Source: Callorhinchus milii (lineage: Eukaryota). From it: DNA of 64,000 nt. The stretch is from contig NW_024704742.1 in assembly GCF_018977255.1 (NCBI RefSeq), forward strand, positions 3,784,001-3,848,000, read 5' to 3'. The notes below the pieces were generated by a model. The model made no database searches. It had not been told where the DNA came from and was given only the letters and a program-made list of their open reading frames with translations. Each line of letters begins with the position of its first letter. Position 1 is the stretch's first letter. Shown in pieces: positions 1 through 14,592 of this stretch. The position numbers were made by a program, and so were the translations under genes.

Positions 1-632
1 AGATTATTATTGTAGATGTTACTTGAACATTGGAGTCTAGAACATGGACGTTGTAAGCTCGATGCACGCAATATCTCAACATTTTGAATTCTCTTCGGCC
101 TTCGCTCAGAGCGCTGGGACGCTATCCTGTGTGACGGCTGCCGTATCGTGGCAAGTTGCTGTTGTTGTTGCGTTCGAAGCGACGATACAAAAGTGCCTAA
201 TGCAGTAAAAATCGCATGAGTCGTACCAGTGGCACCACAACGTTTACTGTGACTTATGCAAAGTATGAGTTACAGGCAAAATTGCACAAGTCGGATTTTA
301 TTCAACAAACACCTCGGTAGTACCTCGGTCAACAGACTGCACTCTTACTGCACTGCCCTGTGCAAGTGGGACTTCATCACTGCAGCTGGCAAGCGCAGTC
401 GTGGTGTTCTGAGTTAGGAGGCGATTTGCCTAGAATTTAGGATGTATTTGGGACCAAGAAACCGTTACGTTTCAGCCGTTTACCCGATTTATAAAATACG
501 CTCTGCGCAAAGAAATCAAAGTTTTTTTTTAGGTAGGAAACTGAATGGGACTCGGATGCATCTACAACTATTTATTTATTAATTTATTAAAGATAAGGCT
601 TGTGAGAATTTTACTGTACTTAGAACCATAGA

Positions 633-957
633 AATAATAATAATAATAATCCTCGCATTTGATATAGCGCTTTTCACGTCTTCTCGACGTCTCAAAGCGC
701 TTCACAGAATATGCTGTAAAGTGAATTGACTGTATATGTTTGTGGGCGAAACGCGGCAGCCAATTGCGCGCAGCAGCGTCCCCACAAACAGCCGTGGGTT
801 GAAAATGACCAATTTATTATTGTTTTGGTTTTGGAGGGATTATTATTAGGCTCTGTGTGGAGTAAGGAAACTTGTCCAAGGTTTCGCCCTCTGCCTGGAA
901 TTGAACCCAGGTGTCTCGCTCGCAAAGCGAGTGCTCTAACTACTGAGCTACAGGACT
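633..957 (-). mobile_element. Young tRNA-derived SINE, full length
   Basis: Near-identical to the copies at 32035, 35824, 42147, 43776 and 55493; tRNA head with A box (tagctcagt) and B box (ggttcaattcc); (TTA)n tail. Confidence 0.92.
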
Positions 958-2448
958 ATTAACAACACAGAAGGCCATTTGGCCCAACGTCTGTGTTCCA
1001 GCTCTTCTAAGAGCGAAAAGCTTGCAATTGGGGGTGGGGGGGGAAAAAAAAAACCTTGTAATCTTTCCTTCAAGGCCCCAACCTTCCCATGCTTGTAATG
1101 TTTATGTTACTTGGATCAAATGTCACGCTTGTCCCAGTGAGGGCTTGCAGTCGTAGAGAACAGGGGCCCATTTCTACCTTGGTCACTCAGTCTCGGAAGA
1201 AAAACCTACCCCTGATGCCAGCTACACAGTAATGCCGTGTCGTTTGTGTCCCTGAGACCGTGGCTCAGCCGAACCGCAGGGGTGTGCCCGCTCATGCAAT
1301 TTTACGTGAGAGGCGCAGAAATCCTCACGGTCTTAGATAGAAGCGCGGCTTCCAAATCCAGAGCGAACTTCAGAGTTTTTCAAACTTTGCCCATAATCTT
1401 GCGTTTCAAGCCAATGGTCTTCAGGCTGAGACAGTGAGAAATTGGAGGCTCAGTTTCCCACACTGACTCTCCAGATGGCCTCTCGGGATAAAACTGGATC
1501 AATCTGTGTTGAATTATGGGTGATTTTATGCCGTGCATCTGTACTCAATGGAACCTGTTTTAAGGCTGTTCAAACTCAATTCCCTTCGAACTTTTCCAGC
1601 TGGCAATGAGAAACAACCTAACTTTTATCCACAGTGTAGACCTGCCGAGCCACCCCAGTCGCTGTGTAAAGAGAATGCTTGAATTGTTGTACCGGCCTCC
1701 CCCTCATCAAAACCAGCAAGACGACAATGTGAGCCTGGTTTCAACGTCCTTATATCTTTTGCTATTTACTGTCGGCATTTATTTGTAGTTACTCCTTTCT
1801 GCTCCAAGCTCCATCAGGTTCCTCGTGAGCCTTTCTGACTAAATACTCCAACTGAACTCTGTTCTTTCTCATCTTGTTTTCTGTTATGTTGAGTAGGTCT
1901 GTGACCCCAGTGTTGTTTTGTCCGACCGCCCGTTTCCCGTTCAGTCTAACCCCGTTGACTCCATCGCTTTGCCTCCGTGTGTTTTCTCTTTCCTGCTTCC
2001 TTTCCTGTTATTCCTTTCCTCCCTCTGTCCTTCTCTCACTCACCATACGCGGCATTCACTGCTCTTCCTGGCCGGCTTATTCTGATTTCAATCTGGAACA
2101 GAACGTACATTCTTCCCAATGAAACGTCTGCCAATGTGATGTGTTTGTAGGTCAGGCGGCATTCATGGTTTTGGAAACAAAAGAGCAGCAGAGCGTTGAG
2201 ATCAGAACATTGTACAGTTGCACAGCAAATTACAGCACAATGCAAATTAATGTAATGCCTGTCACAACGATAGGATGTGCCAAGGTGCTCAACAGTAATA
2301 GCTTGGTGTCTGCGCTGGGGAAGGGAAAGATGATCGATCGATAGCTCAATTGATAGTAAGAGCCACAAAGTCGATACTGTATTTCACATCCACCTTTTGC
2401 AAAGTTTCTACTTGAAATAGAAGTTGGACGCAATGATTTAAAATCATA

Positions 2449-2550
2449 TGCTGATGAAAGGTCCAACCCCAAACAATAACCGATCTTTCTCATTCATACG
2501 CTCTGGATTTCCAACATTATCTGTTAGATTTCCAGCGTTTGCAGCTTTTT
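2449..2550 (+). mobile_element. Penelope-like remnant
   Basis: ctgatgaaaggtc...aaac...atttccagc..tgcag resembles the terminal repeat of shark Penelope-like elements (recalled, not searched). Confidence 0.4.
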
Positions 2551-2579
2551 TTTTCTCTCTACCAGTAAAATACAACAAG

Positions 2580-2840
2580 AGGACGTGGGTCTCATTACAA
2601 AAGACAATCCCACGACAGACATCTTTACCCACAGGGTAATTAACGACTGAAACAGGTTACCAGGAAAGGCTGATTGAGGCCAGGACACTGAATTTATACA
2701 AGAAACAGCTTGATCCTGTGATGAAAGGATGGTAGGTTGGGTGTTTTGGAGGGAAAAGATCAGATGGGCCAAAGGGTCTTCTTCAACCCAACCTGTATAG
2801 CCGGGCCGAATGGCTTTACCTATGCCATGTCACTCTATCT
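2580..2840 (+). mobile_element. CR1 LINE 3' fragment
   Basis: FTHRVIND*NRLP (CR1 RVVNxWNxLP motif), then a gggccgaatggc 3' UTR motif. Confidence 0.7.
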
Positions 2841-4294
2841 TGTGATTGTTCAAGTTCCTGTCTATAAAACCTCCAAACATTTGTTCATGACGCTGAGTTC
2901 TGTAAGTGACTCTAAAGCTGATGTTTTAATACAAGAGACATCAATTGTTTTTTCAATATAATATTCAAAATAAGCAAACGTAAGCAACTGAAATGGACTC
3001 TGGCTTACGGAACAGGCGCTCTAGAATTTTGGTGTCAGTCTGCTGAGTGTCCGACACATCAGAAACCCATCACCATACTTAAGAGTATTCAAACCAGACT
3101 GAGAGTTCCAAATATGCGTAGCGATTACTCTTTGGTTGGAATGTGCACTGTCTCCCAGTTTCATTTGGAGCCAACTCAGCCTCAAAGAGACTCTATATTC
3201 ACGCCCTTCACCATCCCCCCCCCCATACCCCCTCCACCAACCAGCCGCCAAGGACAGTCACTAGTTGGTCAGGAGACATCTGGCAATTGCTGGTTTGAGC
3301 ACTCGCTCAATGCACTATTAAAGCTATAGTACTGTATGTGAAACTGGCAAGAGGACTGCTGGATTCAATCATTTACATTGCGGCACCTCTAAACCCATCC
3401 ACCAGGAAATCAATCTGCGGAGGAACTTCCTTTCATCATTGTGCCTTCGTGTATGAGTTCTGATGTGCAACTCAGCAAGATCGTTGAGCAGGTTCCACTG
3501 AACACTGGCACTATTTATTTAACTAGTAACATGCCCTATGGTGGAGCTGGGCAGTGAAGCAGAGGCTTTATAAGGGAACGAAGGTCTGTAAGAGGGAGAG
3601 GTGTTAATAGCAGTGGAGTCTCATCATAACTCGGTATTTTGTTTTCATACAATCCCAGCTCATTGTGATGAAAAACGTAATTATAGCACCTTTCATGTGG
3701 ACTAGCGTCTCGAAAAAGGCCCCAACAGCCAGTTTCCCTGGCCATGCTCACAAAGTACTTGCAAAGTTGTCAGCGGAAAAATCAAACCAACAATTAGATG
3801 TCAACTGGGCGTAATCAATAGCGATAATTAACACATCAGCAGAGCAGTTCCAGAACATGATCCTGGGTTTGCTCTATTCACATAGCATTTCAGAATGTGC
3901 AGAATTGAGCGAATTGTTGAATTCGGTCTAAACTTTGAAGCCCCGTTTTTTTTTTGGAGGACTTAAAAGACACTGACACTAAACTGGCTTCAAAATTAAA
4001 GACTGCATTTAAGAATTTTGACACAATTTGCATTCTCCGCAATGGTACACATGGAGAGTAAATTCAGACCTCGGTGGAATTTCTACTCACTCATGTTACA
4101 ATATGTGGGCATTTTTATCCACAAAATATCCCAGTCAATTCCACTTTACAGTATATTTCTGTGAAGCGCTTTGAGACGTCTCGAAGACGTGACAAGGCGC
4201 TATATCAAATGCGAGGGTTATTATTATTAATTTGTACCCTGTAGTCTCAACAACAACAATAAATTGCATTGATATAGCGCCATCTGCACAGACC

Positions 4295-4398
4295 GTCTGT
4301 ACAGCTACACACACAGTCTTCACAGCTAAACACACACAATCTGTCAGCTACACACACAGTCTGTATAGCTACACACGGACTGTACAGCTACACACACC
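4295..4398. repeat. Degenerate ~20-nt minisatellite
   Basis: About 5 copies of gtctgtacagctacacacaca. Confidence 0.85.
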
Positions 4399-7300
4399 AT
4401 TCGCGTCAAATTGTGAATTCATGTTCAGGCAAGGGGGTTTCTAACACAAGTCACAAGTCTTACTTAGTCATACTCAAGACATCTGGGAGAGAGAAACACA
4501 AATGGATTCTTTCCTGCTTCACTGAAGCTCTCTTCCTGGCAGGTCATCCGAGAAGCAAAATTAAGGTCATCGAGAGATAGGCATGAGCATGAGTAACAAA
4601 AGAGGATACCGAGGAAGAGGACATAACAAACTAAAGTCAACATTAAACCATTTCAGTCTGAGCAGAGGGAAAACAGCAGATTTTCACAGAAAGACGTTGC
4701 CATTAAGTCTTTGCCGTGCAGTGATGTGTTTGGAAGCAAACTGTGGCGAGACCACAGAGGGAAAAAGTCCTGCAAAAGCATTTTTCTTTGCAAGGGGAGA
4801 CTCTTTTATAAACAAATCCCATACATGCTGTGCTCCTCAACTGAATGGTGCCTTCAGTCTGTTAGCGTTTTAATACCGCCGGTGTGGCTTGTAAAACAGA
4901 GAAGCAATTTCAGTCGGGTTACAAAGTTTTACTGAGAAAGAAAATCAGGCAGAGAGTTCATAAACCTTCGATTACATAAACCAGTGATTCTGCGGAGGAG
5001 AGGGGTTCCTGGAATAGCTGAAACACAAACACGTCTGAGAAACACCCCTTCGTTATCACACTGAACAGAATGAGACTGATGCATTCCAATATCCGGAAAG
5101 AAAAAGGAGCGGCTGTTAAAATCTGTTTCAAAGACTATTGCTAGAGAGATGCTGGAGAATGCATGCGCACCCATTAAAACTACAATAACTATTTTTGTTT
5201 TGCTTAGCGTGCCATAGCTCACTGGAGATGCTTTTATGCTGCTAAAGTAAGCAACTGTTTTATGGGCCTTGTGACTCAGGATGCAAACGGGGTCAAATGG
5301 TGTCTATTTTCAAAGAGCAGCCCAATTATTGGTCTATCAAGACTAATTGTAGCTCTTGGTCAAGCCGATCCCAGTTTATATTGAGGCCTGGACTGCAGCT
5401 AAATTGATGACAGTCCGTCCCTTTTCATACGTTAATGATATTTTTGGAAAGGCCATCTTTATGAATTTTGAATGACACTTTTCCTGCAGAAAACAGTGTC
5501 AAAGTCAACCACAACCAATTTCTTTTAGCCTTCTCGGGGTTCTAAAGATAATAATAATAATAACAATTATAATCCCTGCATCTGATATAGCGCCTTATCA
5601 CCATGTTGAAATATCTCAAAGCGCTTCACAGAATATACTGTAAAGTGAATTGACTGTATATTTTGTGGGCGAAACACGGCAGCAGCGTCTCACAAGCGGT
5701 CGTGGGATTGAGTGACCAAATTATTATTATTATTTTTTAAGAGGTGATTAGTCTGAAACAAACTTCAATAGTCTGAAATAAACTCACTGTTGAAATGGTT
5801 TATGAAGTTCACAGGGATAAAATTCCAACAGTGCAATCCCTACACTATATATAATAATTAAATGCAATAATTGTCATCCACAAGACACTGCGGAAGATTC
5901 TCTCACTACCAAATGTATCACAGACACTGTAGTATGTATGGCAATACTGTACTACATCAACAGTTCATGGAAAACTGCTGCAAATAAAGAATTGCCTTAT
6001 AGAAAATAATTCACCTACTCCTTTCCCCGTCTATTCTAAAGGGACGCTAGGATTTACACACACCGACCTCTAAAACAGTGATTGCATTCACCGTTCGAAA
6101 AAATATAGATTCACACACTATTTATGATTCACTCCAGAAGCAGTCACTGTGCATGAAGCAATGCATTGAGCATTACCCTTAATGTTTTCTTAAGCTGACT
6201 GTTACGTTTGAATAAGAAAACCATTGGGTCATTTGAAAAAAAATATTGCCTTATTATGTGATGGAGTGACAGAACCAATGGTGAATAATAATAATAATAA
6301 TAATGTGATACGTGGGCAAATATAATAATTGACATTGAAGAATGAGAGATGTGGAGAGATAGGCGGAGGAGGGGGTGCAATTTTCTGACTCCATATCTTG
6401 ATAAATTGAGAAGAAACTTTCTTTAACGTCGCATGTCCACTCTCATCTGACACCAGTTGCTTTACCCTCTTTTCGGGCTATTATACTTCTGCTGCAGATA
6501 TAACTACTCCTTGTTCCACCATTGCTAGAATCACTGAAAGTTTCTTAAATACTTTCTTTTTAAGAAAAACTTGTTTTTTAATCGTCTTTATATTATCATC
6601 AAAGTAAAATTTTGAGCCTATTCGTCACTGAAGTAAATAGTAATGATAATAATTGTTGCGTATCACGTCGTCAAGACATCTCGAAGTGCTTCACAGGATA
6701 CACTGCAAAGTGGACTGACTGAGTATTTTGTGGGCGAAACGTGGCAACCAGTTTGCGCACAGCAGTGTCCCAAAAAACAGCCATGGAGGGAATATTATCA
6801 CCGTCAGTTTACTGCCTGAGATAATGGGGTCCGATTTGTGGTACTGTATTTCTCAACAAAATTTCTAAAAAGGAATTCTCCGTTGAGTGTCAGTGGGTCA
6901 CGCAGATCTCCTACAAAATGCGGTAAATCCTGTGAAATGGTTTGGGATGTTCTCTTGACGTGAAAGGCGCTATGCCAAGTGTACGTATTATTATGATTAC
7001 TATTATTATTATAATAATATAGTGACTCCTTCCTCTTGGTGTTAAACACACAAATCCGAAACAGCAACTTGCGATAACTCAGCTTCAACAGCTTTGAAGA
7101 CACATTTCGTTAAAAACAAATAACAAATTGTACTTTTTTTTTTATTTGGGTGTTTTATTTCACCGCATTTCTAAAACTCAAACCAGGTCCGCGTCCTCGA
7201 TTTAACCCGAAGAAAGTGGCGTTCAAGCTGTCATGAAATCAATGGAAGTTAGTAGACTCATCAGCCCAGTCTTCGGTGCTTCAAAATGAAGTCAGGACAG

Positions 7301-9262
7301 TGCTGTCTGTGGACCACAAATTAACACTGACCCTCAACTCTTACGTCAAATGGGGGAGATTTGGAGGGAGTTGAGAATTTGCTGTCCACTGGCCACTGAG
7401 CAGGTTGACCATCCATTTGCATCTGAATGCACATGTACATCTGGTTTGGATTAACTAGTTGAAGGCTCGTTGAAACAGATCAACGTCCTCCTGACGTGAA
7501 TGGCGCTATACAAATGTAATTTGTTGTTGTTGTTGGAACATGTCCAATTCCTGGGAAATTAATACAACTTTTTTTTTGTTCAAATTGAATTCGCTGAGGT
7601 TTTTTTTTTCCATGATTGTGTCAACCTATCTGCAAATAATCCTTACATTTGATAGCACTCTTCATGTCGGGAGGATGTCTCAAAACACTTGACAAGGATT
7701 TACTGTGAAGTGCAGTGACTGTATAGATGTGGGGGAAAATAATTAACATTACGTGGAAGAGTTTTATTCGAGTGAATGTTTTGCCATTGGATGGAGCATC
7801 CGACTGCTGGTTTCTGTGATTCTTTTTAAGTGCAATAAATTTGAATGTGTAAAATAAATATAGGCCCTTTTGGAGCATGGTTTGTTTTGACAGATGATGA
7901 CAACTTATGGCCATCCATCCACAGGAAAGCATCAGTTTTTCTTTAACACATAGCAGTTATTTCAGTGGATTCTGGTAACAACTCTGTGAGATTGTTTGCA
8001 CATTGTCAGCGCTCCAGACACTTAACACAGTTCAGTGGTGGTATGTTAGTACATAGACTTCTTGGCCAGCCATGAACATTAAAATATTTCCATTTACAGC
8101 ACTTTGACGTAGTGCCAGCAGTAAATGAAGACACCCGAGGTCCAGAAATTCCACCGCGTCTTAGCCTGTAAGACCACGTTGGTAAGACGGCACAGAATTG
8201 TGCAGAATCCTGAAATTCAACCTGAAATACGAAACCACTTATATCCAAAAATAAATACACAGTTGCCACACGAAAATAAGTTTACCTGGGGATTGTCGGT
8301 CAGGACACCAGGAAAATCTCACTCCTTTTCACCCCCCCCCACCCGTAAACAGGCAGCCAGATCTAGGTGTGATGTTACAAACCAAAGATGGTACTTCTGA
8401 CAAAGTAATAAAAGCCACTTGCGCTTATATAGCAGCTTCATATGGGGTCGTGTCTCTGAGCACTGGAACCTCCAGGATTGCGCAGAGAAATTCCACCTGG
8501 GTCTAAGATTACTCTATTGATATTTACATGCGTTGAGATCGGAGAAGTTTGAATTTGGATCTATCGACCTCCCGTTATGGAGCATCCAGAATTTGGCAAA
8601 TTGATGAACTCGACTTAAGCTTTGAAGTCATTTTGTCTTTAGTTTCTAAAAGAACGTACAGGAAACTGGTTTCAAATGGAAAGTTGCATTTGGGAATTTT
8701 TGGCCAGATTCTAGATGCTCTTTACATGTTAAATAAGAAAATCAAAGTTAAAATTCTCTGATGTCAACACGTGCCAACTTTGGTTCGCATTCATTTATGT
8801 TATGCTTGGTTTAGTCAACTCTCATTAGTACACACAGCTCACATAATATTTATTTACCTATTTCTGGCCAGCCCTGGTGGATGTCTGACAGATGCAGAAA
8901 CACGATACCATGCTTCTCATGCTTTGAGAAATCATGCAATTAATATACATCATTTAAGTCTATTATGTTATGTATTTAATATACATAACATTTATGAATT
9001 TCCACACAATTATAGACAACTTAGAGGACCCTCAAGCGTTTACGAATGGTTTGCTGCATAATAGTGTTTATACTATCCATCATTTGCACAATTCATATAT
9101 AATGGACACTGACAAAATCATTCTGAAGGCCCAAGTCCAACGTGGTATTATATTTAACACTTCTGAACCACCACAGCAGGAGGTGCCGAGTCAGTACATA
9201 CCTGTTACAACTCTCGAGTTAAGGTGGAACCTTGGCTGGTACGTTAAGAGAACTATTTTTTC

Positions 9263-9272
9263 CCATATTAGG
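9263..9272. promoter_or_regulatory. CArG box (candidate SRF site)
   Basis: CCATATTAGG, a perfect CC(A/T)6GG, within a cluster of muscle-type motifs. Confidence 0.35.
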
Positions 9273-10596
9273 AAACAGATGAGATTTCATTGCATTGAGG
9301 TAATATTAAGCTCCTCATTGTGTTGTTGTCGAGCTGTAATTGTGTTGGCATGCGGAATGCTTTACAGGCTCACAAACCTTGCAGCTCTCTGCGTGTGACG
9401 TAATGGAGCAATTGCTCGCGTCCTTCAACAAACCTGGAACCAACCTGCTTCAGACATGAACAGCAGTTAATTGCATTGGTCTTTTGCTTCATAGCTATTT
9501 GTGGGACATTACTACGCACCAATTACCTGCTGCATTCGCCTACAAAATACACAGACACTCCACTTCGCACTTTGGGACGTCTCTCCAATGTAATAAAGCG
9601 CTACTCAGATTATTATCAATATATTTGGAATTGAAGAATTTTCCACAATTCTGTGCAATCAAAATGAAGGCAATGAATGAGGCGTTGAGGGCCTTATTAT
9701 CTGCTCGTTTACAGTAGGACCATGGATGTGGAACTGTGGCTAAATATAGAAAATTAACATGTTGGGATCTAATCTGTCGTGAATCTCAGCCATTAGCTTA
9801 GATTTGTGCCAAGATCCTAAAGTCTAAAGAAGGCTGGCGACCAACTTGGAGTGAACTCCTGGGAAAGAATACGTCAGACATGCGTGGAGAAGAAAGAATA
9901 CATAGAAAGGTGTCTTTCGAGCGCTGATGGGACACGAGAAATTCAGAGGAGTCATTTCCATAGTAATATCGATTAAATGCAGGAAGACGGAGAAGGTTAT
10001 CCAAGAGAGAGTTTGGAAGCGTAAAGTGAAACAACAATGACTTGCATTCATATAATAATAATAATATAATAATAATCCTAGCATTTGATATCGTGCCTTA
10101 TCATGTCGTTCAGACGTCTCAAAGCGCTTCACAGGATATACTGTGAAGTGGAATGACTGTATTTTGAGGGGGTATAACACCCTTCAGTGTAACGGCTCAG
10201 AGGATGGTCACATTCTGGATGGACTTGGGCTTGATAGAAACTTAAGAGCTGTGCTGACACTGTACGTTCCTGCGTTAGTACCCACATATAGTCACTGGTC
10301 AGCATATTATTTCTAAATTTCCACAGAGTTCATGCAGGACGACTTCGCTATTGCCAAAGCAAGATTGTGTGATTTTCCTTGAAGCGCAAAGAGCCAAGTC
10401 TTTGAACGGAAAGAGTAAATTCTGGCCAATTCCAATAATGCCGTGCAAATGTGCGTGCGACTGTTTCTGATTCGACTTTGCATCCTCCCCGTTTGACATT
10501 ATTATTTCTCTCAGTGCTTACTGTGTTTTTCTCGGTCTGCAGTATATCTGGCTGATCTTCATGTACCGTACTTAAAAGTAACTTCTGTTTTTTTTT

Positions 10597-10620
10597 ACAC
10601 ACACACACACACACACACAC
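10597..10620. repeat. (AC)n microsatellite
   Basis: Directly visible. Confidence 0.95.
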
Positions 10621-13600
10621 TGTGGCGATTTGCTTCCATCGTTTCCCACGTGAAAGTGACTGAAGGGCAACCAGGCTTTTACTGAAAGTGAATGGAGCTC
10701 TGCGAAAAATTTAAAGGACTGAATTGCAAACTGGGATTTAGATGACGCTGTGGTGTCCTCTGGTGGAGACTTTAAGCAATCCCTCATTCCACGAGGGATG
10801 GAATAATCTTAATTCAATCTGTTTTTACTTCTCAGTCTTCTTCGTTCAATGTGTTTTTACTTTCGTGCTCCTGAAAAAGCAAAAGGAGTTAGTCTTTGCT
10901 GCAGGTTTAAAAGACCAGTAGGTTTTAGTTAACTCCCCCCCACGCAAGGCATTGTTCACACACTTCCCAAACTAGACCCTAAGAGCAGATCGCCTTTTAG
11001 TCCTACTTTTTCTAAGGTAACGGGAAACAAAACCATAGAGATCTGCAAACGAGGCTTGATCCAAAACTGCTCAGGGCTATCTTCCTTGCTCTGCAATAAA
11101 AGTAACTTCTTTTATTGCAGCTATGAATTAGAATTAGAAGTCTGCTTTGCCACTCATTCACCAGCAGAGAGCAATGTTTAGTCTTCAGCAACTTCCATTA
11201 AACGTACGAGCAGAACCTACGTGACGAGTCCAGTCTTGGAAAGGTAAATAAAAGCCATGCAACGTCATGGCTGCTGTGAATTCAGATTGGTGTTGCATTG
11301 ACTTTACTTGTGCCCTGGCTTTCAACTCTCCAAATGCCACCCCCGACATGGAAGCAGGTCACTGACACCATGAGCCACCACACCTGGAGTCAGGTCTGCA
11401 CGTTTGGCTTTGCCGTGCAAATGGCATCACTGCCCCCAACCACATGGCAACAGAAGGCCATTAGCTCCTCTGTGAGGACCCTGCTGGACTGAGCTTCTTC
11501 CTCATCACCTTCCCTCAACGCACTCTCAGTGTAACACTGGATGCCTTGTTTGCTGTCATGTTGAAATGGCCATTTATATACAACAGAGATACCCAGAAGG
11601 TGATCATCATTGTGCTTGTCAATCAGGCCCCAGAAACTTGATCTGACAACAGCTTCTGATTGATTACTCATTGATTGAACACTGATTGACTGATTGAATA
11701 GCGCTGCCTTTAGTTTGGAAACCTTCTTGCCAATCAGTCCTTTTTCTTCGTTCAATGAAGCCTGAAGCACTCTCAGGTCAGACATAATATGTGCCAGACG
11801 CAGAGATAGGTTCCTTTACCTTACAGTACCCTTAACCCATGATCATCTCATGCAATGTCAGTGTGAGGTTTCTATTTTGGACTCTGCCAGGTTCTCGATT
11901 TTTTTGAACGAGATTACCCTTTAACATGGCACATACCCATGCCATGTTACGAGCTCTACCCAATAGGAATTGGATTGAGATCTCTTGTATTGTAAAGCCC
12001 TTCATAAAGTTAGATACATTTCGTTCGGGATACAGTATATATGAGCTGTTCAGGACATGACCCCTACATACAGCTGCCAGGACGTTGAAACTAACTGGAT
12101 GTATCTTGGTCTTTTTCCGTCTAGCATTTCCATGTTTCTATGTTCCTAAATTCTGTAAAGTGTAGTTAGACTACGTACCGTGTAGGCAAATTCAGCAGCC
12201 AACCAACACACAACAACATCCCACAAACTGCCGTGAAGTTAATGACCAAATTATCTGGAGGATGTTGGCCAGGACACTGGGAGAAACTCCCTTGCCTTTT
12301 TGAACCGTGCTGCGAGATCTTTAACATCAACAACAACAACAACTTGTATTTATATAGCGCCCTTCACTCAAAGTAGTAGCGTCCCAGTGCTCTTGACAGT
12401 GGCAGAAGACAGTTGGGACCTCGGTTTAACGTCTCACCTCGAGGATCTCGGACTCATCAGAGAGCTGATGCTAAAATTTTCCTGCCACCCCACATGGTAT
12501 TTTGAGTGAGGCCAGAGGAAATCCAGGTGGGACTGCTCTTGGGCTTGGCAAAATCAACAAGACGCAAGTCCCAGTGTTCGGAGTGGGGGTGGAATGGGGG
12601 TGGACTATTTGCCTATGTTTTCATCCACTAATAGTGACCAAGGAAAACTGATGGCCCTTTGTGGATTTTTGTTTTGCCTGCAGCACAAAGGTAAGTGTGT
12701 AGATTTTTGCGAAGTGTAAGGTCCGAGTCAGACAGACAGAGGGAGAGAAAATTTGAGCAATTCAGAGAAACAAAGAGTGACTGAGAGGGAGACAGAGAAA
12801 TACAACAGGAGAGGTTAGTCCCAACAAGTGTTACCTCCCACACCAACCATCCCAACCTCTTTTCATAAATTGCAATCGCGACATTTTCATGGTTACAATT
12901 TATGCCAAGACCTCTCTGTTACTTTGAATATTTTATTTCCTCGATCCTCCTGAAATAGTACATCCATCAGAGAGAGGAGACTTTTGTTCTGTCTGCATTC
13001 GAACCCAGGCTGTTTAGATAAAAACACAGAGCTCTAACCCACCGCATTTCAGTTGCCATGTGTCGTTATTTTAAAAGTAGGAACAGTCCATGCATTATAT
13101 TTAACCTTACTTACATTTCACTGTTGGATTGACTATCTATGAAAAAAGATTAATTATTAATGACAGATAATCAACCTTACGGTTCACTTTATTATGAGCA
13201 AAATTTTTTTTAAACAATGTTATAAATTGAATGCAGTATTTAATAACTTATTTTTATTCATAAATTAATTTACATAACAGTGCTCGCTCGATATCTATAG
13301 ATTTTGAATTGACGCTTAAATAGAAACCCCCAAAAGTTCTAAACGAAAGCACACGGCTAAGTAAAATATAAATTCATAAGGAAATTCCTCAATATTTCTC
13401 TTTTTCAATAGCAAGAAAATCTTGAAAAAACAGTTCGTAAGAAACTAAGAATATATAGAATCAAAATCTATACTATGTCAAAACAGGATGCAATGTCTTT
13501 AGGTTTCTGTGATGGTATGAAGAGAGTGGTGTGTCGGATGAAACCTTTGATCCCATCATTAACCAGTCGTCAAATGGACTGATAGGTTACGAGGAAGGTC

Positions 13601-14592
13601 GAAGGCTGCTCTAAATAAACCTTATTCTGCTAAAAGTAAATACTGTAGGAAAATGACCAGACAATGATATTAATGGTCATGTGTTTGTAAAACACCAAAC
13701 TTATGGCGTCGCTATTTCCTTGTATAAAAGGTAGGAATGAGCATTTGACTATATCAAACGCAAGGACGGTTATTATTATTATTATCAAAAATCCAGATGC
13801 TCTGAATCCGTACCTGAAGTTCAAAGTTAGAATAACTTCTTAGTTTCTGGGGTAGAATGAAGAGATTGGAACCCAAGATTTCTTCTGTTCTTAGGCTGAA
13901 GACCATTCGGACCACTTGTTGCCCTGCGATGCAATTCAGACAGGATTTTCATACACGTAAACTATGTGTGGAATGTAAATCGCTCTAGTAGAAATGTTGT
14001 CTTGCAACTAACTAAACGTTAAACACGCACGGCAGGCTCGGAGGAGTGCTTGATAGCATAACAGAACAATAATAAATTGGTCATTTTCAATCCATGACTG
14101 TTTGTGGGACACTGCTGTGCGCAATTGGCTGCCGCGTTTTGCCCACAAATATACGGTCTTTTCACTTTACAGTCTATTCTGTGAAGCGCTTTGAGACGTC
14201 GAAAAGACGTGAAAAGCACTATATCAAATGCAAGGATTATTTTTATTATAAGGCCAATTACTCATTAAAATGGATGAGTCTTAGGAATTGTGGCAAACGG
14301 TCTTGAACCGAGATTTCACCTGGAGGCGGATCAAGTCAGCGCTCACAGTTGTTTTGGAGTAGAAGGAAAGTTGCCATTGTAAATTCCATGTGATTGTTTT
14401 TTTAAATCTTAAGATGAGCGTGTGCAGCCTTTACCACCACTCAGTAATAAGAAAATACTTGTTCTTAGACAACGGTATATATTTTGCTTTCAGTTCCTAC
14501 CTCAACCACGTGCAATTATCATGCGACCTTTTAGCATAACAGGCCCTGCATCGGAGGAATTTGTTTCTTCTTTGCCTGGGTGTGCCACTCGT

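Noticed and set aside
1..14000. pdlim5 coding exons expected from synteny
   Set aside because: I found no PDZ start (PWGF-type) exon by eye; the gene is presumably beyond the left edge. ORFs at 8970, 10299 and 11390 show no recognisable similarity.
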